Source: Adineta vaga
Taxonomy: Eukaryota; Animalia; Rotifera
Direction: 5' to 3'
Length of the DNA stretch: 64,000 bases
Assembly: GCA_021613535.1 (NCBI GenBank)
Contig: CP075494.1
Location: 3,534,001-3,598,000, forward strand
The position numbers and the translations under genes were made by a program. The notes beneath the pieces are model-generated. The model was not told the origin of the DNA and searched no databases. It worked only from the letters and a program-made list of their open reading frames with translations. Shown piece by piece: positions 1 to 11,871 of the stretch (position 1 is the first letter of the stretch; every line of letters begins with the position of its first letter).

Positions 1-1071
1 AGGGAAAGGTAGTTGCGCGCAAGTTCTCTTTCATAAGCATACTTTTATAATAAGGTGAAGGTTGACGATAATTATTTTGAGAATATGATGACGAATCATC
101 ATTATCATTTGATAAGTAATGATTTGTATGATATCCATCATCAAATATTCTTTTATGTGAATTAAAACTTGGAATATCCGAATCATGCACTATAAAATTA
201 GAAAATATTTGTTTGAAAAAACAAAGAAGATAATGTTTACTTGGACCAAGATCATTCAATTTATCGAGATGAAAATTTCGTGAAATTTTTTGTCCATTAT
301 TTGATAAACTAGCATATCCGGATTTGATTAAATCACCTAATGAATAACGTTTGCCATTTTGAGTTATCAATGAAGGAAAAACATAAACTAAATTCAATGA
401 AAGATTTTATTTTTATTTTAATCAAGGAATTTGTTTACCATCATCGGATGAATAAATAATTGTTTGTAAATTACGTCGATCAGAAAATATTGGTAAAAAT
501 GCTAAAGAGAAAATGTTTGTTTTTTTAATTCAATTTTGTATTACTCTTACGAGAGTCATGACGATCATATCGAACAAATGGATAACGAACTCGTTTGTAT
601 GAAGATTTTCTATCATTGCTATTGGAATCACGAATATAAAAATTTAATGAACCCATTTCACTTCCTTCATCATACTATATGTAAAAGAATTTTTATCGAT
701 TAAATATCTATCAAAATAAAAACTTACATTGGATGATTTGATATTTAGTAATTGATAATTATCTTTCGTCGAATCTATTTTTAAATAGAAAGATATATAC
801 ATTTCTTTTATTTTCTTCATTTACTTCGATTTGTCAAATAACGATGAACAAATACTGTGAGAGGAATAAGACTGACTAGAACAGCAAATCCAATTAGAAT
901 AAAAGGTTTTCTTGGAATCTTTGGACTTAGTGTGCTAAAAGATATTGAAAGCTATTGAAATAACAAAATAAGAACCGAAACCAACCGCGATGATAATATT
1001 TGTTGGTTTTTATTCGCCAATAATTTCTGTTGTTGTTCATCGTGCACAAATGTTATATCATCAGGCTCCAT
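1..1071 (-). CDS. Multi-exon gene, type II single-pass membrane protein of unknown function; 3' end runs off the window
   Basis: Manual splice of about 7 GT-AG exons: MEPDDITFVHDEQQQKLLANKNQQILSSR/TLSPKIPRKPFILIGFAVLVSLIPLTVFVHRYLTNR/NSTKDNYQLLNIKSSN/YDEGSEMGSLNFYIRDS.../VYVFPSLITQNGKRYSLGDLIKSG...; the frame stays open across the junctions checked; not in the ORF track. Confidence 0.6.
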
Positions 1072-2170
1072 AACGACAAAGAGACTCTCTTTGAATATTG
1101 CTTAGAAAAGGAGATTTCATTGACTATTTATACGTCTAAACAGTAATACCAAAAATATCAAAAGTGAGAAAAACAAATGACTGATGATTATAAATCATCT
1201 GATATTTGTTTATTCATCAAAAATCAAAAGGTGTATTTGGGCCTAGTTCTTGACACTGAGCATTCATCAATTTTGATCGATTGTATTTATGGATGATTGA
1301 TAATATTTGTTTGATAATTTATCTATTCATAATATGACAGCTTCTGTTTTCTTTGTATTTATGCAATCATACCTATAGATATAGGTGCTTCGATTATTTT
1401 TTGATTACTAAGGGCATTTATGCCTCGTTTATTGTTATGAATATTTTTCCTATTGATCTAATCGAATACATATATTTTAAATCTTACAGAATTATCAGAT
1501 TTTAGTTGAAATTCACGTCTATGTCCAGGAAAAAAAATCATATATCTCTTTTTTTTCTTTAGGAACATTTGAAATATAAGAAAATAAATTATTTCAACGA
1601 TTAATTTCTCTTTTTGCCTCTCATATGGCGCAATTGATAGGAACAAAGGTAATATACGAGTAATAAAAGAGAATGTGAAATTTATTTGTGTAATTGTTAA
1701 AATAATAGGCAATGGAAATTAGTTATTGCAAAGAAAAGTTCCTGTTAAAAGTTAGAGGAAGAAAACATGATCAAAATCGAAGTTTACATTGTTCATCAAA
1801 TTATTTCGATTGAGTTCTTATCCAACAGAATGAAATCCAGATATTAATTTATGGTAAATAAGTGGACATCCGACATCATCGAATATGCTTGTTCGATGTC
1901 ATCATTTTTTAACAGAAAATAGATTCTTATTGATCAAATGAGTATATGAACTCAACTGAAGAAAGCAAAATGTAAAATAAAATAATGTTGTCTCGAAATC
2001 TTTTGATTTTAGTTATAAGATAAAAAAACATTCGTCGTTCTATTGAGATAGTTGTGTTTGTGCATTTGCCTAAACGTACAAAACCATGAGGTATGTTATC
2101 AGTTAAACATACTTACCTTGAAAGTAGTGTCTTACTGAATACATCGTCAGAACGAAAAAGAAAAAGAACA

Positions 2171-4672
2171 ATGCATATCTATTTTATAATACTATTATTC
2201 ATCGTTTATGAAAGTGCCTCAAAATCTTTCTCTGAATTGTTTGATTCTCGTTTTCGTGCAGTTGGTCATCGGAATATTCCACTCGAATATGATTGTGCGC
2301 TACGAGCTTTTGCTGTCGAAATGGCTGCCTATATCGCACCCACATCCTTCAAAGCGAATTGGACATTAATGACTGAAAGTGCTTTTCAAATGAATCAGTG
2401 TAACAGCACATCTTACGATGCCTATCAACCACGAACATTCACTAAATCGTTCAAGGCTGTACCAGAAATACCGAGAGGTGTTTGTCATCATATTATATTT
2501 GTTCAGGATTCAAAAGGCAATGATCTATTTGATGGTACATTTGAAAGACCGATGAAAACAATTCCAGGTGCTATATCTCTCACACGCATGCTACGCCCTT
2601 TGTATGGTAGTCATAGTACGATGTGTATGACTATACGTGGAGGAACTTATTATCTTGGAGCAAATGCTACCACAACAAGTAGTCAGATTGGTGCAATTGC
2701 ACTGACTAGTAATGATAGTAATCTTATCATTGAAAACTATCCAGATGAAAACGTTATATTAATTGGTGGCGTATAGTTGAAATTACAATGGTCTGTTTAT
2801 AGAAAAACAGAAGTTGGAGGTACAATCATGAAAGCTCAGGTACCAGATTATGTCAATCTTGATCAATTCAATGAATTGTATATCGATGGGAAAAGAGCGA
2901 TTCTTGCTAAAACTCCGAATGGTGATCCTTCTACTCAAGGTCTATATGCAAACAATCCAGGATATTTCGATGGGCCACAAAGTTGGATACCACCCATAGA
3001 AATTCCAAGTATGAAGATTTATGTTGATAAACCTTCTCGCAATGGAACAATATTTTCTAATTATCAAGATGGTATTGGTGGTGGTGCTTCTGTTTTTAAT
3101 TCACCAAGAAATTATTGGAGTGTTACTACTCCACGTGGTGTCCTAAATTATGTTGTTCCTCGTGGTTTCACTGTAAAAGACGGTCAATTACCTCGTTCAA
3201 GTAATTGGACTAAACCTGATACGGGTTTTGTACATACTTTCCATGGTGGTTTTTGGGGAAGCTGGGTATTCGAAGTAGCTTCGATCAATAGTACACAGAA
3301 TACAATCATGCTTGGACGAGGAGGTTTTCAAGAAGCACATGGTTGGGATAATGGTGGTCCATTTTATGTTTCAAATATTTTTGAAGAACTTGATTCACCA
3401 AATGAATGGTTTTTAGATAAAAATACTCGTACTCTCTATTTTATGCCCAACGATACAATGCCCAATGTTTTTGTTGCTAGTCAAATTTCCTGTATTATCT
3501 CTGTGAGTGGTAGTAGTATCGAAAACTTTGCACAGAATATAGTGATTCGAGGCTTAACATTGACACAAACAACAAATACTTATATGAGAGATTATATGGT
3601 ACCAAGTGGTGGTGATTGGTCTGTTCATCGTGGTGGAACTATCTTTTTGACAAATACAAAAAATATTACTATTACACAAAATTTATTAACAGAATTAGGT
3701 AGTAATGCTATAGCTATTATTGATTATAATGATCGTACTACTATTTCACTTAATGAATTTGTTTGGTTAGATGATTCCGGCATTATTCTTGTTGGTTCAA
3801 CCAATGATATTGATGGTTATAGTATTGCAAGTCAACCAATGAATACACTGATACAGTCAAATATAATTCATGAAACTAGAATTTATATTAAACAATCATC
3901 GCCAGTTTTCATTACTCTAAGTCGAAGTGTCACCGTTAAAGGAAATGTGATGTTTAATATGCCACGTGCTGCAATTAACATAAATGATGGTTTTTATGGT
4001 AATCATACTATCAATTATAATGTCGTTTTCGATAGTGTTCGAGAAACGAGTGATCATGGACCAATCAATTCATGGGATCGACAACCTTATCTAACGGATG
4101 CAATTGAACCAGTTTCATCACTTCGACAACACAATAGTTACATTGATCACAATGTTCTATTCAATAATTATCGATCAGTATGGCCTATCGATCATGATGA
4201 TGGTAGCTGTTATTATGAAGACAGTTATAACTTTTTAGTGTATGGTGGCAAGAAAAATTATCTTGGTCACTCAAAATTGGATCATCATCAAATTTATGTT
4301 TACTCAGATTTAAATACAGGTGGATTTGGTAGTGATAACTGCCTCAGCGATTATGCTCCTGTGCGTAGTACGAGCGGATGGAATGAAACTTGGATTGATA
4401 ACATTTGTACACTGTTTAATAGTTCAGTACCCTACAAAATTGACGATTGTGACACAGCTAGTCTCTATGTTCCATATCTAGCCAATAACACAATATATAT
4501 TCCAGCAGGTACAGAGATTGCATTCATTTGTAACGTAAATGGTACAAGTACTCGTTTAAATTTACAACAATGGCAATCATATGGATTGGATATTGGTACT
4601 ACTGTTGAGACGGTACCTGACATTCAAACAATCATTGAATGGGGTCGAAACATGTTACAAAGAACTATCTAG
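2171..4672 (+). pseudogene. Secreted right-handed parallel beta-helix protein (pectin-lyase-like fold, GH141-like), intronless, one in-frame TAG at 2774-2776
   Basis: ORFs 2093-2776 and 2777-4672 abut in the same frame (GGV*LKLQW); signal peptide MHIYFIILLF; motifs GNDLFDGTFERPMKT, RGGTYYL, NIFEELDSPNEWFLD, MFNMPRAAININDG, VRETSDHGPINSWDRQP, IDHDDGS. Confidence 0.75.
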
Positions 4673-4681
4673 AAGAGTGAA

Positions 4682-4800
4682 TGAGGGTGCGCATAATTCC
4701 TAAGGTTTCATCTGCCATCTTGGGTGTGAGTGAGGATGACAGATAATAGTGTGTCCGTCACAATAGCATATCTTCATTTATACACATATTACACTCTTCC
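4682..4800. repeat. Telomere-like inverted element (degenerate)
   Basis: TGAGGGTG at 4682 and TGGGTGTGAGTGAGG at 4721; weak right arm ACACTCTTCC; lies between convergent gene ends. Confidence 0.45.
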
Positions 4801-4894
4801 AGTTCGTGTGATTTATTATGAAACAATTGGCTAAGTAAATTAATTTCATATAAACATAAGATCTATTGAGTCGTTGTTTTAGAGAAAATCATTG

Positions 4895-5917
4895 TTAACT
4901 AAAATTTTTCGGATCAAGACAAATCTTTTCTAAAGGTATAATAATTCCCGATAAATTATGACGCTGACAATCCATTGAATAAGAGAGATTTTGTTTTTCA
5001 TTTTCATTTGCTAATAATGGTCCAAATGCATGCCAGCTGCTACCACAAGGGGTACGAAATGAAAGTAGTATATTCATTTGATAAGGATGAGCAAGAACAA
5101 GAGCATTCATAACATGCTGATCTTTTCCGATGAAAGCATTTCTTGAGATATAATCAAGTATTGTATCATAGTACAGTGATGTCCACCATTGAATATTACG
5201 TAAAGTTCCACCCATAATTCCACCTTGAATTAAATCAATATAAACTGGACCTCTATTCAACTGATAGGGTAACGAACAAAATTGTCGAGGAAGTGTATTA
5301 ATCATACTGAAGAGAAGTCTATCATCCTTGAAAATAGTATCCATTGCAGATTTGTGAGGCCATTTTTGAAAACGATAAGCAGATGAACGAAAAACTCCAG
5401 CATCAACATAGAGAAAATATTTCGTTTGAAATGGATTGAGTTGTGCACTTTGATTGAGTAGGAAAGATTTAGCAGCCCATATGGCATACAATTCAACACT
5501 GTGATACATTTTTTCGGAATCAGTTTCGTATTCTTTGTTAAAAGCAGGAAGAAAAGATTTGATGAGAGGTATTCCAAAAGGTGAATTATAAGTTGTAATA
5601 AAATGAGTAATCAAAGAACCATTATGACGAAGTTGTTGTAAAATAGGTTGATGTTCGTTTGATGTATAGATAATCATCGGTGAATGACAAAATCCCAAGA
5701 AATTTTTAAGCCATAAATGATATTTATCTTGACTATATTTAGATTTTTCTAATGGAAAATACGCAGTGACGATTGTTGTGGTATGTTGTTCATTTATTTT
5801 TGATAAAGAATACGTTTGATAAGTAGAAGTATGAAGAAAACTTCTATAATTACATATACTTAATAGTAGAATAATACTAATGATGATTATTAGATAAGTA
5901 TTATGTTCATATTTCAT
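4895..5917 (-). CDS. HtrL/YibB-like putative glycosyltransferase with N-terminal membrane anchor, intronless
   Basis: 340-aa ORF; TTIVTAYF, PMIIYT, YAIWAAKSFLL, NPFQTKYFLYVDAG and GKDQHVMN match the HtrL family pattern. Confidence 0.7.
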   Translation of the reverse strand: MKYEHNTYLIIIISIILLLSICNYRSFLHTSTYQTYSLSKINEQHTTTIVTAYFPLEKSKYSQDKYHLWLKNFLGFCHSPMIIYTSNEHQPILQQLRHNGSLITHFITTYNSPFGIPLIKSFLPAFNKEYETDSEKMYHSVELYAIWAAKSFLLNQSAQLNPFQTKYFLYVDAGVFRSSAYRFQKWPHKSAMDTIFKDDRLLFSMINTLPRQFCSLPYQLNRGPVYIDLIQGGIMGGTLRNIQWWTSLYYDTILDYISRNAFIGKDQHVMNALVLAHPYQMNILLSFRTPCGSSWHAFGPLLANENEKQNLSYSMDCQRHNLSGIIIPLEKICLDPKNFS

Positions 5918-6729
5918 CTAGAATCAATGTGTATGGAGAAAAAAATACTGACATCTTCAAAGCACAAAATTAATATATATATATATAAAGAAATAGAGTC
6001 AATAAAAACTATTGTTACGCCAAACAAAGTCATATGGATAAAAAACTCAGCAGGACGTTTATTTTTCGCTTACACAGACAGAAAAGAATCGAGCATGTGA
6101 ATGCGTCTGAATCAACAAAGTGCCCATTTTCATACTTTAAGAAATTGTTATTCGTTCTGTATAGAAACATGTTTGAAAGCATTCACTCGTCCAAAATACT
6201 TTTTTCACATTAAAAATAACAGTTTCTATGTGCATGTCTGGATAATTTCTTTCAAAAATGGCAAAGTTTTGTAGTATCTCAACCTTAAACAGGACAAATG
6301 AACACATTCCAAATCTGTAATCCGTATTTTTTGATTAACACTGATTGTAACTCTTATCGCCTAAGAAGGTGACATGGCCGAAACCTACTTCAACGATCAT
6401 CGTAATTACTCTCATTTGTATCCACACATGAATATATGAACAGATGTAAGGGACGTATTTTATTAAAGACCTGCATTGAGAGTTTGTTCTGTTAAAATGC
6501 AGACCAACGAAAATAGATGTCGTCGATGATGATAGTCGATCGAAAATCGTATTCTCGAAATGTATATTGGCGATGCATTTTATCATCGAATGCTCGTATT
6601 TTAGTTGTTAGAATGCATTTATTTTAATAAATTCATACATACGAAGAAGTATTCAATGATAGCAATTCTTTATGAAGGAATTTCCGATATAGGCTTAATA
6701 TTCGACGATTTTTCACACTTATCTATTAT

Positions 6730-6862
6730 AGCATAAAAAGTTTTTCTATATTGTCAATTACTTCTTGAAAGTTATCTTGTTTGTGTAATGTTGCAGCTGA
6801 AGCTTCATATGTTTTAGCCAAATCAGGATGATTTTCTGGTAAAGACGTAAGTTCAGTACTAA
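6730..6862 (-). pseudogene. C-terminal fragment of a TPR-repeat gene
   Basis: Translation LSTELTSLPENHPDLAKTYEASAATLHKQDNFQEVIDNIEK; same LPxNHPDLA TPR linker as in 53463-55001; no upstream part. Confidence 0.6.
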
Positions 6863-6910
6863 GTGTGTGGGTGTGAGTGTCATATGACTATAATATCCAC
6901 TTCACACCCA
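6863..6910. repeat. Telomere-like inverted element
   Basis: GTGTGTGGGTGTGAGTGT-spacer-CCACTTCACACCCA. Confidence 0.7.
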
Positions 6911-7078
6911 ATGTGAGATATGCTGCATCTCATGTATTGCTAATATCTGAGTTGTCTTTGCGGGGTACTTTTTTATATCTCGTATCTTCCTCGGCATCCC
7001 CAGCATCCCCTCCCCCATATTCTGGATGTGTAGTACCTTTCATGTTTCAACAAAAAAATATTAAATCTATAAGTATGT

Positions 7079-7639
7079 TTATATTTTCTCTGCATTTGGT
7101 GTCACACATTTTCGCATAGTACAAAACTCTAAATCGTTTCGTTTTGGAATACCAAATTCGTAAGGTGGAAATGGTTCACGTTTGCCGATATCATGGTAAC
7201 CACGTCGATTATAAAAACTAATTAGTTCAGTTCTGAGAAGAACAACAGTAATTTCGATATAATCGACATTCCATTCGTTTATCGCATATTTTTCGGCCGA
7301 AGATAAAATCATTTTTCCATATCCTTTTCGTTGTAAATCTGGCCGTACAGTTAGCATGCCTATATATGCCATTTTCACTGCTGATTTGTGTTGCAAATGC
7401 ACACATCCTTTTAAAACCTTATCAGCTTCATCGAAAAATATCAATATAACAGAATCGCTACTGTTAATTATTTTAAACATAGCATCTACAGTCGTTCTTT
7501 GCCCGTCAATGAATTCATTTTCATTGGTCCAACCTTGCCTTGCCATTTCACCACGGTAACTATTATTAACTAACATGACTAACGAGTCACAATCCAATGT
7601 AGTGGCAACACGATAAGTTAGCGAATTATTATGATCCAT
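7079..7639 (-). CDS. GNAT-family N-acetyltransferase, bacterial/fungal type, intronless
   Basis: 186-aa ORF; LVNNSYRG..RQGWTNE..IDGQRT; acetyl-CoA motif A IGMLTVRPDLQRKGYGK; LISFYNRRGY. Confidence 0.9.
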   Translation of the reverse strand: MDHNNSLTYRVATTLDCDSLVMLVNNSYRGEMARQGWTNENEFIDGQRTTVDAMFKIINSSDSVILIFFDEADKVLKGCVHLQHKSAVKMAYIGMLTVRPDLQRKGYGKMILSSAEKYAINEWNVDYIEITVVLLRTELISFYNRRGYHDIGKREPFPPYEFGIPKRNDLEFCTMRKCVTPNAEKI

Positions 7640-8399
7640 TTATTGATTTTAGAATAGACAGATGACGTAGAGCAGCAAGAAGATCTAAATTATAAGATTT
7701 CTATGTGTTAAAGTTAGTGATGTATCACCTACCATTTAGACATGGTGAAGCTTTTTCGACTGCTGCACGTTGCTTTGTGTTTGCTTTATAACTGTTACAT
7801 GTTATCTTTATAGAAAGAAATGCGCAAAAAAACCGTAGAAGACATCCACAGAACGATGGTGACATAGTTTATATTCAATCAATAGATCTCTTTTTCTACG
7901 ATCCGAGCTCAATTGTTTTTTGCATCTTTGATGGCACCTGTAATCTTTCCAGAAATGTAATAAACCCAGCTTGTTAGAATGATTTGCTACCTGTGTAAAT
8001 GGAGAGAAGACCCGGTGGATATATATCCGTATAGGAACCAATATTGATGATCAGAGAATATGCTTGACGTTTGAAACAAGATAGAATAATTCGAGTCAGA
8101 TGTGTAAAAAATGAAATGTTTAATCAAAGAACTGAATCAATGTTTTCCGATGATAATTCATCAAGTGTTTGAAAAAACACCGATTTGCAATGATCCTAGT
8201 TCCTGTTCTATTCTTTCAATGTCATTTCTAGAGAAATTTGATTCGTCCATGACGGATAACTATAAATCCAAGAGAAGAGAATTCAGTAGCGATAGCTTTA
8301 CCAATACCACCTAATGCTCCCTTGCATAAAACCCAGATGTTGTTCGAATGGTATTGTATTAGAGACGGACGACGCATATAAAGGTGTCGGTGTTAGTGT

Positions 8400-8530
8400 C
8401 TCTTTCTGTCGACTATCTCTCTCTCATACATTTGTTCCCTTTGTTCTCTTTCTTTTAGTTGCACATATATATCTGCGTGTTTCTGTCTGTAGAAGATGCG
8501 ATTTATATGAGAGGAAGAAATAAATAAAGA
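8400..8530. repeat. Dispersed ~120-bp repeat, probable shared promoter/5'UTR; other copies at 9150-9193 and 55500-55620
   Basis: TATCTCTCT.CTCAT..TTT..TCCCT.GTTCTCTTTCTTTT..TTGCAC.TATATA....GTGTTT....TGTA.AAGATGCGATT.AT...GGAAGAAATAAA shared between copies. Confidence 0.7.
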
Positions 8531-9193
8531 CGTAGTTTCATCAGCGAATACATCTCTCCCATCGAGAAGCATCACATTTGACGACCCTGACAGAAGATCC
8601 TCCCAATCTCTTGGTGGTTACTTAGTGTAATGTTGTAGTAATTCTTTGCCTCATCAGCGCAATGATTACCGATGATCCCTTTATCTTCATGCTAACAATC
8701 TCAATTTTGTCGGTTAGTTGAGATCCCAACACTTCGTGTCACTCATCGACTCATCCGTGAACAGAAATCATAAAAGTGTTCTCCTTTTAATGTGGACCAT
8801 TTGTTCCATCAATCATACACTGGTACTCATACAATCTGTTAGTTAGTTTTACCCCAAAACTTCTCAACATCATTATCATTAACACCAATTGTTTTAACAG
8901 CTGCTAGTAAATGTCAACATCTTGATGCTAATCTTTTACAGAACAACAGCATAACCAATGTCAAGAGCAAACTTTTATGTCTTGGGTGAATATCTTTTCT
9001 TCACGTTTTTGGACGCAAAATGTCTCTTCCAGAATTATCGTTGGATGATGTTTTTTTCCTCTCTGTATACGTTCGGGAGTGCATCTAATTTGCATCCGAG
9101 AGTGTGACGATATATGCGACGATATCGTTCTATCCATTTATCTTGGTTCTTCTCTTTCTGTCTGTAAAAGATGCGATTTATGACAGGAAGAAA

Positions 9194-9268
9194 TGGGTGA
9201 GGGTGAGGGTGTGGGTGTGGGTGTGTGTCTCTTGTATTCACCCACATCCAACCTCATCTACGCCCTCT
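9194..9268. repeat. Telomere-like inverted element
   Basis: TGGGTGAGGGTGAGGGTGTGGGTGTGGGTGTGTGT-CTCTTGTATT-CACCCACATCCAACCTCATCTACGCCCTCT. Confidence 0.85.
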
Positions 9269-9680
9269 GTATAACATTATCTTCTTTATTTTCAGAGAAT
9301 TTTGCCAGTTTTCGAGAAAACTTTCTGTACATCGTACACAATCGTAACCCTGTAATACAAAAATATGGATGTATACGAAGAAATGCAGCCATATCGTTAA
9401 ATAGTTTTATTCTAATATAAACGAACTTGGTATTCATTAGATTGTGTACAAGTATATTATCTATATTCAGTAGTCCTAGTTCTGGTACAGACCGGTCTCC
9501 TTACGTTTTTTCCACAAAAATATTTAGTTTAATATATAAATGATAACGTGTTCGTCACTGTGATATAACATATTTCTTTTCTAAAATATGCTATAGAATT
9601 TGGGCTACAAATTAAACGATCGGTATTTTATTATAAACGATCATTCATAATAAGATACTGATCATTTAAACACAAGCCTA

Positions 9681-9741
9681 GAAGGGTGTGGGTGTGGGTG
9701 TGGGTGTGGGTGTTAGATAGAATTAGTGTCCTCACCGACAC
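9681..9741. repeat. Telomere-like inverted element
   Basis: (GGGTGT)5 at 9684-9713, spacer, then CCTCACCGACAC. Confidence 0.85.
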
Positions 9742-9881
9742 TGTTAGAGTACCTATTGCTGAATTAATAACAGAAGTAATGCTTTATTTTATTTTATTTA
9801 TGTTAACACAATATATAGAGAAGAAAGAATAACTACGGAATTAAAGAGCTACGTTTCCTCGATTATGGTCCACAATCCTCG

Positions 9882-10911
9882 TTATGTCTCTGGTAACACT
9901 TGATTGGCCATAACTTTGGGTCGGCGCCATCGTTTCAGATGAACCCCGAAGATTACGTGAATAAATTGTTGACGAAATCGTTGTGAGACACATATATAGA
10001 TGTAAAATGGACTCTAAAGATAGATACAGTGGAAGAAATATTGCTTATCAAATAATTTACACTTACTGCAAAGTAAAAGTAATAGAAGGTGTAGTTCACA
10101 TAGTTCGCCAATTGTACTTGAGCAATGATAACTGGATCTTTGATGAGATTACTTTGTAGTAAAAGAATCATCGTAATCAGAGGTGGTACGATAGCAAAGA
10201 AATTTGAGATCACTTGTAAGAGAACCATTGTTGTCAATTGTTTGTCTAGTTGACGTCGAACTAGAGGCAACGTTCGATGTGCCAGTTGTCGCACATTAAA
10301 ATAGGCCAAAGATCCGAATAAAACTGTGATAGAAGCAGGCAAAATTCCAACGAGAATGAGTACATAACCGTAGGTGTAGTACAGATGATAAGTAGTACTT
10401 TTGCTCGCACACGTGATACTACCTGTAGTAGGCGATATAATATGATCAAAGTATATCGAAGGTAGAATTCCATGCAGAATCCAAATCGTTACAAATACTG
10501 CCGATAGACGATGAGCCATTTTGATGTTGCTCCATTGTCGCCAGTGAGGATGGGAAGAGCCAGATATTGATCGATTGTCACCAAACACATTGATGTTAAG
10601 GAGATAAGCGAGCATATATAGAGAATGGATATTCTGAACTTGCAATAGAAGACTGATTGCAGAATCCAATCGACATTGAATCCGGTGATTACAATACGAG
10701 AAAGTAAGCCCATCATCAACTGACCGATGTTAGCAGCCGACATCACTGTCATGTAGAATGCACAAGAGTTTTGTCGGAAGGTTCGAAGACTGAGAAAAAC
10801 AATAATATTGAATAGTCCACCAATTACACCAGTAATAAGAAGTGGTGTGCCTAAATAGATAATTATTTGCGCCGAAGCAAAAGCAAGCGCTGAAATGATC
10901 GATGAAGACAT
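9882..10911 (-). pseudogene. Rhodopsin-like 7TM GPCR (rotifer-expanded type), frameshift near 10560, intron 10014-10066
   Basis: TM1-3 in ORF 10489-10911 (GGLFNIIVFLSLRTFRQNSCAFY...TIDQYL) continue in another frame (SSHPHWRQWSNIKMAHR); last exon SPFYIYICVSQRFRQQ...LPET*. Confidence 0.8.
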
Positions 10912-11674
10912 CGGTATTGATATTCTTTCTGTAATTAATGTAGTTGTATATACATTTTATACTGCAAATATGGTCCGTTGAATTTCTCAAAGCTTGACTA
11001 TTTCTATCTTATATTGTCACAAACTATATACCTTTTATTATCTGTAAATGAGTTTGCACAGACGGAAAATATCTAAAACGCAGTAAAAAAAGTGCATTTA
11101 AATGCGTGCTACTGCCTTTTCCACTTCTCTGCGCGAGAAAAGACGTCATGAACGATATTAAATGGCACACATAAGCAGAACTGGTTTTCCTGTCATACTT
11201 TTCTATTGAATGAACAATTAATAGCCTGACTTCATTAGTGAATTATAATTATTTAAATGTTTTTCATTAATGAGAATATTTACTTTCTGGCGCGTATTCG
11301 GCAGATCATTCATATGGAATTAATGCATTTTCTGTATGAAGAAAAAAACTATGAGTTGACATAGATTTTGAAGAAGCTTTCGTAGCTTGTTATTTCTATC
11401 ATGTTTGTCGTCATCTAGTTCTGTTCTCCTGTAAATATAATAAAAATCACATCACTAGTAAGAGCTTGAAAAAACTGAGTATCAATTTAATATTTCCTCG
11501 ATAGAAGTATGCTTAAGTCCGCAACGGATTTTTTTAAAATAGATTTCCTGACAGAAATTTCAGCTATCTCTCGTTCCCTCTTTTATCTTGCTCCGTTGAT
11601 TACACGAATGTGTTCATGACTACGACCTTTCAAGCATAGTGATGTTACGTGGCCAATAAGAATCTTTCTAAATC

Positions 11675-11730
11675 TTAAGTGTGTGAAGTGAATGAGAATC
11701 CAGTAAAGACCATTCTCACCCACACGCAAG
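11675..11730. repeat. Telomere-like inverted element
   Basis: TTAAGTGTGTGAAGTGAATGAGAAT-spacer-ATTCTCACCCACACGCAAG. Confidence 0.6.
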
Positions 11731-11871
11731 AAATGAAGTCTTCGATATATATGTAACAACAATTTTCTTTCTTTAATTCTAAAATTCGTTTTATTTTTCA
11801 AAACTGTTTCTTTTGAAAAATTTTTATTTAATGTTTATTAGTTTATCCTTTGAAAATAAAAAAAGGTGTTT

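Noticed and set aside
7800-8330. F-box/LRR-like gene remnant on the minus strand
   Set aside because: It looks coding-like but is too decayed to assign a family.
9035-9420. Short ORFs with HPHPHP, GVGVGV or PTPTP runs (also 43839-44140 and 44883-45068)
   Set aside because: These are translation artefacts of the GGGTGT repeats.
9681-9713. True chromosome end or assembly join at a telomere
   Set aside because: Only five hexamers, internal, and one of many similar degenerate copies with opposing arms.
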